Source of the DNA: Eledone cirrhosa
Taxonomy: Eukaryota
Assembly: GCA_964016885.1 (NCBI GenBank)
Contig: OZ024764.1
Coordinates: 16,554,001-16,618,000 of the forward strand
Direction: 5' to 3'
DNA: 64,000 nt
A program made the translations under genes and the position numbers. This document shows positions 36,925-48,334 of this stretch, one piece after another (the stretch's first letter is position 1; every line of letters starts with the position of its first letter). A model generated the notes under the pieces. That model did not search any database. It saw only the letters and a program-made list of their open reading frames with translations, and had not been told where the DNA came from.

Positions 36925-38490
36925 CTTCAGCACAGCATCTCTCCTTCATCATCTCCTCTGAGCTTCAACGATCTGAGGTCAGCTCTCACTACCTCTGCCC
37001 ATATCTTTCTTGGTCTTCCTCCCACTGGGATTACTTGGCACTTCTTCACCCTGCGGTAATCCTGCATACGCATCGCATGGCCATACCAACGCAGTCTTTT
37101 CTCCCGCACACTACAGTTTATCCTTCTTATAGAGTTTCACTCTCAACTCGTCCATGCTTGGTCTTTCACGCACATTGACATTGCACATCCAATGGAGCAT
37201 GCTTGCTTCATTTCTCTCCAGCCTTCGCATATCCTCTGCAGTTGCTGTCTCACTACCATGCAACATTGTGCATCTCACACAGGCATCAAACAACCAACCT
37301 TTTGTACGCAGGGAGAAACCCTTCTTTGTCACGAGAGGAAGCAGCTCCCTAAACTTCTTCCAGCCCGTCCTTACTCTAGATACTATGGCCTCGGAACAGC
37401 CCCCTCCCATACTAATCTGATCACCTAGGTACTGAAGCTATCAAAAACTTTTATAGAACCTACTTGCATTTGAAAAATGTGTCTATCAATGCGACTTCTA
37501 CTGTCAAATTTCCCTGTACATCTACTGCATACGTAGTTTTCCCTACCTGTTAGTTTGCCTGCTATCCCACTACATCTCGTGTGTACCCAAGATCTGCATT
37601 GTGTACATTTTATAGAATGTATGCCAGTTCCTTTTCTACATATCGAACATGGCCATCAGAGTTTTGTCCTTTTTTTCTACTTATCAATACTTTTGTTTTA
37701 GCTAGGTTCACTCTCAGTCCTCTTAATTCCAACTGCTGTTTCCATAGCCAGAATTTATTCTCTATCTCCTCTACTGATTCTGCTATAAAAACCAGATTGT
37801 CAGTATAGAGAAGTTCCCATAGGCAGCTAGTCTTAAACTCCTCTGTTATGGCTTGGAGGACTATAATGAACAAGAGCGGGCTGAGGACCGAACTCTGATG
37901 GACTCCTCCTTGTATCTGGAATTCCTCACTAAACTCCATTCCTACCCTCACTTTACAGACAGCACCTCTGTACAAAGCTTGCACTGTCCTCACAAGCCAT
38001 TCCTCAACACTTAGTTTCCTTAGGGATCACCAGATGACAGATTGGGGTACACTATCAAAGGCTTTCTCTAGGTCAACAAAAGCTAAGTATAATGGCTTAT
38101 TCTTCTCTAAGAACCTCTCTTGTAGTTGTCTCACTAAGAAGAGGGCATCGGTTGTACTTTTCCCAGGCACAAAACCAAACTGCATCTCATCTAGTTTGAC
38201 TCTTTCTCTAATTAGTTGCTCTAATATCCTTTCTGCCACTTTCATAACCTGATCCATCAGTTTTATGCCTCTATAATTGATCCTCTCCAGAGCATCCCCT
38301 TTACCTTTGTAGCAATTTATGAGAATACTGCTGCACCAGTCTTTGGGTATGACACCACCATATATAGCCTGATTGATTATGCTTGCAACCAGTTTAGTAC
38401 CTACTTCTCCTCATGCCTTCAGCATCTCAGCAACTATCCCTGATGGTCCTTACCATTTTTCCTTTCTTTAATTGCCTCTTTGACCCTATA
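36925..38490 (-). mobile_element. Decayed RTE-clade LINE, reverse transcriptase region
   Basis: QFGFVPGKSTTDA...AFVDLEKAFD; GVHQSSVLSPLLF...LLYTDNLV; RLRWYGH; frameshifts and stops. Confidence 0.92.
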
Positions 38491-40007
38491 GTCTTTTGCA
38501 TCTCATCTAGTTTCATCTCGCAGCACACGATTTGGGAACCACTGCTCTAGAGATAGAAAAAGTATATTTTATGCAGGGCTTCCCTGAGACATAAAAACTA
38601 TTTCAAGTGATCAACATGGGTAGAAAGGTTGAGAAATGCTGCTCAATGTTCTTTGGTTTTTGTTCACCTTTAAATAATCATGTATGAAATATCGGGTGTG
38701 CAAGATTTCATGAAAAGGTATAACATTATTTATGCTGATCTTGCAGGGACTAGCTCCAATTGAGAGTTGTACCAATTCCCACTAAACTCGAAACTCCTGG
38801 ACAATATATACATATCTTTATAAGTTCCTGTGTATTGTGTCGCTGTATAATGAAACATAAATATATACCATGCATGTCAGTCAGATTTGAACTCACTATA
38901 TTTGGCATTTTATAGATATAATTTGTTTGTTAAAACAATTGATTAAATAATAACTAAATAAAATTAATTCTACAATCCTGGATAGGGAATGAACTTATAA
39001 CTTCATAATAGAAGCCATCTATTGGTGAATTCTTCCTCTACACTTCTCTAGAAGAAATCCGCTGTATTCAGACCTGGTTTTAAAAAGAGCCCTAGAAACA
39101 CTGTATGTCAATGCGTTGCATCTATGACTCCCTTGGGAGTTAGGGTCCATACATATAACTCTCACAGCTTGGAAGTTCTGTATGTAAGTCTTTAAAAACA
39201 TTTCATCAGTACACTCAGCTGAGGAGTTAATCCTGCGATAGACCAGTGTCCTATCCAGGGAGATTCTTATACTCTCAGACACTTAATTCCAAAGAAACTG
39301 GTGAGAAGCTGAGAACAGATTTTATATATACTATATTTAGGTTTAATCAATACATATATTGATGATTGGAATCATGGTCTTAAGATTACCTAAATCGATA
39401 CTAACTATTTCAAATACAGATCTGTCTAAGGCTATGTTACCTACATATTAATTGTTCTGGAAAGATGCATCAGTCTTCTCCTCTATGGAGCAGAAACGTG
39501 GCCCCACACAAAGTCGATTGATAGCAGAGCCCTGAGGACCATCTAAAACACCAGCCCACAGCCTTACTCTCGTTCAACACAGTAACACCTGGTAGGCTCT
39601 ACCCATGATGATGCCGGTCTAGATGTACAAAATACTCGAATATAAGGTGAGCTTCCTCCCTATCTTATGTCTAAGAAGTGGGCAAAAATGCGAACCTTAT
39701 TTACGTAGAATTTGAAGTTGGCGAAAATGGTCCTTGCTACAAAACTATTGACTCCCTATATAAGTCAACCCCTTACTACATATTCCCTGGCTTTTATTCG
39801 TGTATATCCCGTTATATATGTACAAAACACTAGCAGTTCCTTAATGGCTATATATCCCGTTATATTTATATAGAAAGAGAAACGGAAAGAAAACGAGATA
39901 ACACTCGGAATATGTCGTGTTATCTTGCTTTCTTTCCGTTTCTTTTTTTTTTAAAAAAGAAGTAAAATGTTAGCTATAAGTATGCCTATTTGACTCTGTA
40001 GAATTGC

Positions 40008-40170
40008 GGCTTGTGCGTGGCGCTGCACGTAGCGTTTCTGGCTTCGCTGTCGTACTTCGGTATGGCATGACCACTCGATCGTGTCTGAAGTTCGAATCGT
40101 TGCGGGGTCGGCCGGGACCGTTGCAGGCTGGCTTTATGCTGGCCTGCTCTCCCGCCTCGCATGAGTTTTT
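40008..40170 (+). ncRNA. Candidate 163-nt structured Pol III RNA (vault/VA-like architecture), copy 1
   Basis: TATAAG at 39975; 5' ggcttgtgcgtggcg pairs with 3' cgcctcgcatgagtt; tgtcgtac-TTCG-gtatggca; B box GTTCGAATC at 40090; gcaggctggc-tttat-gctggcctgc; T5 end. Confidence 0.6.
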
Positions 40171-40254
40171 GCCAAACAATTTGACGAGAGTTATCTCCCT
40201 TTGATTTGAGTTATTTGCCCTTTGTTGACATTGAACTACTTCCGGTTTGTGGAA

Positions 40255-40350
40255 CTCTTCTTCCTTTGTTGTCATTTCTTGAAGCTGTAACATCATTCTA
40301 TTTACTCTGGGACTATTAACGATATCTGTTTGGATTTTACGTGTAAAGAG
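40255..40350 (+). other. Candidate non-coding first exon (TCT/TOP-like start, gag|gtatgt donor)
   Basis: ACTTCCGG at 40238, ctcttcttccttt at 40255, no ATG; mirrored at 45574-45669(-). Confidence 0.4.
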
Positions 40351-42240
40351 GTATGTAAAGTTTTATTCACACTCACGGATATTATTGAGACACAAAAATA
40401 CATTTCATTATCTTGGAAATATACATTCTTGTAGTGTTTTAGTTGCCATGTCTTTTAAATTTATTCTAAACACTCTTCACAGAACTAAACCTCCTTCCGA
40501 GAAACAAAACAAATAATATATACACGCAGCTACCTCTTCTAACTAAACATACATGTTACTTTCCTCTCTATACTATACCATCGTAATTTCTACGTCGAGT
40601 TACCTCGGCATCACCACCTTTACTCCAACTCAGCATTCTCTCTTGCACACATCATATCAACTATATATTTATATTATAATCGTATCTCTATTACACCTTC
40701 TCTGTATATACTTACTTAGAAGAAAGGTATATCTCCTCATTATACACAGTATCCGGAGCTATATAAGAAACTGTAGTATATAGAATACAGACCCTCTCTC
40801 TATACATAAACACACTTCGAAGTATCGTATATATGCAGCATCTACATACACACAAGGTAAAGTTAAAACCCTCTTCTCTACTACTTTTCCCGAGGATACT
40901 TACATAAAACTGGATATTTTATCAAGGCATCTATTTATTGTATGTAGAAGACATTATATTCACTATCCTTCTCAATAGAGGAAAACAACTCCCCATACAT
41001 ACAGTTTTTTTATAGAATACACTGCCTTGTTATATAAATATTGTACACATGTGTGTATATAATACACTTCTATATATTATGTGTACACAGCAAAGAATCT
41101 ACTGTTTGTATGTAGAGACTCCTCTGTTACATCTAGAAGGCTTATATTTACTATCCTCCTCTATAATTAAAAAAAACCCATATATACAGTAATACCTTAT
41201 CTAGAGGCATATAAGAAACTGTATTTCACAGCCCTATACCCACTCTCCTAAGAAACTAAACTGTTCATGATAAAGAGGTTTCATTTCTGCCTCTAGAAAA
41301 GTATTGGTGTTAGAGCTGTGTAATCTGGATTGTTTTTATTAATACCCTCTGCTTCTTTCCAGATATGTTGAAGATCTCCGCCAGCTCAACTTAGTGTGTA
41401 GATACACACAGTCGTCTCAAGAAATAAAATAACTCCAACAACAAAATGTAGTTTATTTATTGATCTTCCTTATATATATACACAGGTAGTATCTTACATG
41501 TAGATCGTTTAACTTTCATTTATATTAAATATATAGGAATTAACAGCTGTGTATATATAACTAGTGGATTGTTAAACACATGCCTAGAGATAAAAAGGTA
41601 TTAACATGCGAGAGAATTCAATTATTATGTAATTAGTGAGAAACATCCTTCTTGAAAGAAGTGTATATATAGAATAAATTAATTAATGTGTATGTACACT
41701 ATAGAATCCCAGTAAGAAACATCCTTCTTACTGAAAGAAGTAAGTGTGGTGCTATAGAAAAGTTTCTTTGAGAATGGAAACTGTATATATAGGTATTCTA
41801 TATCTCCTGTAAGAGGTTATGTGGATATTCTATATCTCTCTCATACTTACCAGTAAGTATATAGGTATTAATAAAGAAGTTTCATGTTATAAACATTTAT
41901 AATGTGTATATATATACAGTATTCTAGTAAGTTTATTTCCTTCTGTATATAGAATAAATTTGTATTCTATATCTCTCCCAGTATGTATATAGGAATAGAA
42001 GTATGAATTCAGTTCGAATCATCTTTCATGAAAGTAATGTATATAATGCAGTATTCTAGTGAGGCCATTTCTTTCTGTATGTATACATATGCCTAGAGAT
42101 AGAAGGGTGTTAATATGTATGGATTCTATAGAAGTAAGTGTATATATACACATGGTTTTAAGGTAATAGTATCCTATAGAATAGACATACTTATCTCTAT
42201 CTAGAGAAAAAAGTTTAACTCCTTAGCTATATTTATATAA

Positions 42241-43923
42241 ACATACATATGTATGTATATATACATACATATGTATGTATATATACATACATATGTATGT
42301 ATACATACATAAGTATGTATACATATGTATGTATATATATACATACGTATGTATATACATACATACGTATGTATATACATATGTATGTACATACATACGT
42401 ATATACATACATACGTATATACATACATACGTATGTATATACATACATACGTATGTATATACATACGTATGTATATACATACATACGTATGTATATACAT
42501 ACATACTTATGTATTCATATACGTACGTATGTATGTATATACATACATATGTATGTATGTACATATATATATACGTATGTATCTATATACATATGTATGT
42601 ACATACGTACGTATGTGTATATATACATACGTATGTATGTATTTACATACGTATGTATTTACATACATATGTATGTACATACATACGTATGTACATACAT
42701 ACGTATGTATGTACATACATACGTATGTATGTACATACGTATGTATATACATACATATGTATGTATGTACATACGTATGTATTTATATACGTATGTATAT
42801 ACATACATATGTATGTATGTACATACGTATGTATTTATATACGTATGTATGTATATACATATGTATGTACATACATACATATGTATATACATACATACAT
42901 ATGTATATACATACATTTGTATGTACATACATATGTATTTATATACGTACGTATGTATGTATATACATATGTATGTATGTATATACATACATATGTATGT
43001 ACATACATACGTATGTATCTATATACATACATACGTACGTATGTGTATATATACATACATATGTATGTACGTACATACATATGTATGTATGTACATACAT
43101 ATGTATGTATGTACATACGTATGTATATACATACGTATGTATCTATATACATACATATGTATGTACATACATACTTATGTATTTATATACGTACGTATGT
43201 ATGTATATACATACGTATGTACGTACGTACATACATACGTATGTATTTATATACGTACGTATGTATGTACATACGTATGTATGTATATATATACGTATGT
43301 ATCTATATACATACGTATGTATATATATACGTATGTATCTATATACATACATATGTATGTACATACGTACGTATGTGTATATATACATACGTATGTATGT
43401 ATTTACATACATATGTATGTACATACACACATACGTATGTATGTATATACATACGTATGTATGTAGATACATACGTATGTATATACATACATATGTATGT
43501 ACGTACATACGTATGTATATACGTACGTATGTATATACATACGTATGTATTTACATACATACGTATGTATTTACATACATATGTATGTATATACATACAT
43601 ACGTACGTATGTGTATATATACATACGTATGTATATACATACGTATGTATATACATACATATGTATGTAGATACGTACGTACATACATACATACGTATGT
43701 ATATATATACATACGTACGTATGTATATATACAGACGTATGTATATATACAGAGGTATATATGTATGTATATACATACACATATGTATATACATACATAT
43801 GTATATATATACATATGTATGTATTTATACATACATATGTATGTATACATACATATGAATGTATATATACATACATAGATATGTCTGTATACATACATGC
43901 ATATGTATATATATACATACATC
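42241..43923. repeat. 1.7-kb TACA/TATG/TACG compound microsatellite
   Basis: direct; bracketed by a 27-bp direct repeat. Confidence 0.95.
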
Positions 43924-45753
43924 TTTAATTCCTTAGCTATATTTATATAATACAGTAGTCTAGAGATATAAGGGTATTAATATGTATGTAGGTTGTTGTC
44001 TTTATATCTGTGTAGTGTAACTTTTAAATTTACAATGAAGATATGCTTTATATACACTAAAGTGTTTATATGGTGAGTATCCCTGTCTAGAGGAGAACAG
44101 GGTATTGATGTATCCTTTAAAGAAAAGGGTAACTGCGTACATATGGTTCTACATACTGTACTCTACTGAACACAACTTCAATATATAATGGAGGTACTTC
44201 TTCCAATATAGAGAAGAAGGTATATTATAGACATGAAGTAAGCTTTGTGTGTATGTAAAGAACACTAAATTTCTTTGTATTTATACAGTTAGCTCTCTTG
44301 CTTCTTAGGAAGCATGTACGCGTTGTACTGTGAGATCCTTATACACAACTAGAAGAACAATAGTAGTAGTTTCCTAAGAGAGGTATGTGTAGTATCTAGC
44401 GAGAATGTATTGATCTGTATGTACAGATCAAAACCTCTTATCTTATATATGTATGATCACTTCCAGGTTTCTACATACACGTGTATAATATAAAGAGACA
44501 CACACAATGTGGGTTTAGATATATTCTATAGAATACAGTTTCTTATATACAGACATGTCTACACTGATGTTATTTACCTGTATATAGAGATGGCTTGTTT
44601 CTAATAGGTGTATCTAGGAAATAATTTATATAATATGAATCTAGTATACAGTGACAGAAGGTTTTTGTCTTCCTACAGTGTAAGAGGTGTCTAGTGTGTG
44701 TATATATACAGGGAGTAAATAATAAGGCAACAAAGGAAAATACTGGTTTATTCTTTTATTTCACAATTTATTTACCTTTCTTCTTGAGATAGGGTTGTAG
44801 TAGTCTCCAGGTCTGGTGCTCTTCCTTAGGAATATAAAATAGGTTAGTTGTGTATATATAAAGGTTTAGTTTTGTATCTAGTGAAGAACGTTTATATATG
44901 GATGATGTAGCTATCAAGCAGGTGAGGATGCTAGAAGTAGTAGTAAGGAGTGTTACGGCAGAGTAATGGAGCTACCATGCTTCGTTAGATATAAAATATA
45001 ACTGTATGGTTTAGCTTCTATATTCATATGTCTAGAGAAGGTTTAGTTTCATGTCTATTATTCCAGTATGAACAAGTTTGTATATTGCGCCTCATAAGTA
45101 TCTGTTATGATAGAAGGGAGACGGTTTATATATGAATATAGCTTCATGTGTACGTATGTCCCCAGGATTCTTCCTCTACATGGTTTAGAATAAATTTACG
45201 GCTAATACATAAATATGCCTGAAGTGTTTGTGTATTTACGTGAGAAAGTATCTTCTTGTATATAGAATATCTGTGTATTCAGGTATAAGGTTTATATACA
45301 GAAGATAAAATGTATATAGAGAGGAAGCTTGGTTATATTTCCTTACAAGTATGTATATAGTATCGAGAGAAGATTTAGTTGTAACATGTTAGAAGAGGTG
45401 TGTATATACAGATCATGGTTAGTTTTGTTTCATAATAGAGGAGGGTAACATGTATGTTTAGTTAGAAGAGGTAGCTGCGTGTATATATTTAGTTTTGTTT
45501 CTTTAAAAGACATGGCAACTTACTTTTGTGTCTCAATAATGTGTGTATACACGGCAAATAAAACTTTACATACCTCTTTACACGTAAAATCCAAACAGAT
45601 ATCGTTAATAGTCCCAGAGTAAATAGAATGATGTTACAGCTTCAAGAAATGACAACAAAGGAAGAAGAGTTCCACAAACCGGAAGTTGTTCAATGTCAAC
45701 AAAGGGCAAATAACTCCATTCAAAGGGAGATAACTCTCGTCAAATTGTTTGGC

Positions 45754-45916
45754 AAAAACTCATGCGAGGCGGGAGAGCAGGCCAGCATAAAGCCAGCCTG
45801 CAACGGTCCCGGCCGACCCCGCAACGATTCGAACTTCAGACACGATCGAGTGGTCATGCCATACCGAAGTACGACAGCGAAGCCAGAAACGCTACGTGCA
45901 GCGCCACGCACAAGCC
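45754..45916 (-). ncRNA. Candidate 163-nt structured Pol III RNA, copy 2
   Basis: exact reverse complement of 40008-40170. Confidence 0.6.
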
Positions 45917-47197
45917 GCAATTCTACAGAGTCAAAGAGGCATACTTATAGCTAACATTTTACTTCTTTTTTAAAAAAAAAAGAAACGGAAAGAAAGCGAG
46001 ATAACACGACATATTCCGAGTGTTATCTCGTTTTCTTTCCGTTTCTCTTTCTATATAAATATAACGGGATATATATATAGCCATTAAGGAACTGCTAGTG
46101 TTTTCTACATATATAACGGGATATACACGAATAGAAGCCAGGGAATATGTAGTAAGGGGTTGACTTATATAGGGAGTCAATAGTTTTGTAGCAAGGACCA
46201 TTTTCGCCAACTTCAAATTCTACGTAAATAAGGTTCGCATTTTTGCCCACTTCTCAGACATAAGATAGGGAGGAGGCTCACCTTATATTCGAGTATTTTG
46301 TATATCTATTCTTGTTAGACTAGATCGGCATCATCATGGGTAGAGCCGACCAGGTGCTACTGCGTTGAACGAGACTAAGGCTGTGATGGTCCTAAGGGCA
46401 CTGCTGTCAATCGTCTTTGTGAGGGGCCACGTTTCTGCTCCATCGATCTTAGTAATTAGTATCAATCACTAATTATCTATTTTGGTAATAAGCATCTTAA
46501 GACCATGATTTCCTTCATCGATATGTGATTAGACCAAAATTTAGTATAATATATAAAGGCTGTTCTCAGCTTATGACCAGTTTGCTTGGTGTTAAGTGTC
46601 TGAGAGTACAAGACTCTCCCTGGTTAGTACGCTGGTCTACCACAGGACTAACTCCTTGGCTGTGAGTACTGGAGCAATGTGATGAATGCAGAACATCCAA
46701 ACTGTGAGAGTTACATGTATGCATGGACCTGCAACTCCTAAGGGAGTCATACAGGCCACACATTGACATACAGTATTTCTAGGGCACTTTTTAAAACCTG
46801 GCAGACCCATCTCCTCTCCAGGTCTGAATACAGCAGATTTCTTCCAGAGAAACAGAAGAATCAACCTCAATACTAGACTGGTACTTTGTTTTATCAACCT
46901 CAAATGGATGAAAGGCAAAGTTGACTTCAGCAGGATTTTAATTCAGAGAACTGAAGGCATTCTGTTACATTCATATATACATACTTACTTTGTCTAATAA
47001 ACAAAACATCTTCTCTCTCTACACACATAACATATAAAGCTACATTTATATATACCTCTTCTAAGAAATTAAACCTACTCTAGACTTACACATAGATACA
47101 GTTATATATAAATACTTACCTTGTCAAATAAACACAACTAAATCTTCTCTAGTCAGACACACAAAGCTACATTTATATAAACATTCTTCTCTACAAA

Positions 47198-47490
47198 AGA
47201 GGATCAGCTGAAAAGCTCATAGGCTGGCTTTGAAGAAGTGATGCTAGAACTGCGAGATATTGTGGTTAGGTTCATTATCATAGGACTTGGTGGAGCAATC
47301 AAAATTCACTGCCAACTCATGTACAACTTTATGATGTTCTTGATTCATCGGTGAAAAAGAATGACTCTGATAGCTCTGTTTCATGTGAGGAAGACAAAAG
47401 GAAACCTTCAGAGTGTGCATTGAGCAATATGGGATATTTCTAGAATGTAACTAATGCCAACTTGAATCATCCTTGGACATCATCATACAT
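47198..47490. mobile_element. Tc1/mariner-like terminal fragment
   Basis: gaggatcagctgaaaagctcataggctg resembles a mariner TIR; no transposase ORF. Confidence 0.35.
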
Positions 47491-47759
47491 AGTATATATA
47501 TATATAGTGTGTTTAGTACAGTGTAGTTGTAGCTAACTAGGTATTTGGTTTTATGAAATGAAAGGGACAAAAAAATAAACTATATATATACACTGATACT
47601 TCAATGTGTTATAAGCAATCCAATACCACTGTTGGATACATAGAGTGCTTAATCCTGCTTACACCAAAGTTTATGGATTAAGGTGGTGCAAACACAACAC
47701 TTAAATAAAGGAAACAATATATGGTCATAGTACAGAAAATTCTTATAATATATATATAC

Positions 47760-48170
47760 ATCTCGGGCTGGATTCTGTTCAGGATCTTTGCCACAAGTGA
47801 CATCAATGAGATTCCCCTGTAGTTGTTCATGTTAGAAAGATCTCCCTTCTTTGGTACTGAGATGATGTTAGTGATCAAGGGCAACTTTCTCCAGTGCCTG
47901 GTTACAGAACTCCAGGATGATATCATCAAAATAACACCTCTTCATCACTTTTGATGCCTCTCCATGGGTCTTGATCTTCTTGGTTCGCTGAAGCCCCTCT
48001 CTGGCGAAGGTCCTGTCTCAATATCCAGTTCCTCAAACAGCTGTCTGATCTCCCTGGTATTCTGGGCTGTCAAAGGTGGCTCTCAAAATGGTCCAGCCTC
48101 TTCTTGACCCCAGATCTAACTCAAACTCCCTCTCTTCCTTCCTGTAATCTCGTTGATCATCATCCAGCTC
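47760..48170 (-). mobile_element. LINE (RTE-like) RT-proximal fragment
   Basis: IISVPKKGDLSNMNNYRGISLMSLVAKILNRI. Confidence 0.8.
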
Positions 48171-48334
48171 TCTGTACACTTACATATATATATATACATG
48201 ATGATGATGACTGACCTCCTACAAGGTTACATCTCAAAGGAGGAGGTTTACACCAGTTCTTTTATCCCGAAACTTTTTCAGGAACTGTGGACAAGGAGTT
48301 TCTTATGGTTGTATATATATATAAGGAGGAGGTT

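Larger units (their letters stand above)
39020..46872. repeat. Large inverted duplication: arms ~39020-40570 and ~45435-46872
   Basis: reverse-complement match followed by eye; core near-identical, outer parts diverged. Confidence 0.9.

Noticed and set aside
40011-40110. tRNA-Arg(TCG) with intron
   Set aside because: D-arm-like stem, CT-TCG and TTCGAAT are present, but the acceptor and anticodon stems do not close; at most tRNA-derived ancestry.
39970-40296. Duplicated 108-aa ORF (also 45628-45954)
   Set aside because: No recognisable motif; antisense to the strand favoured by G-U pairs, UUCG loop, B box and T5; most of the few differences between copies change amino acids.
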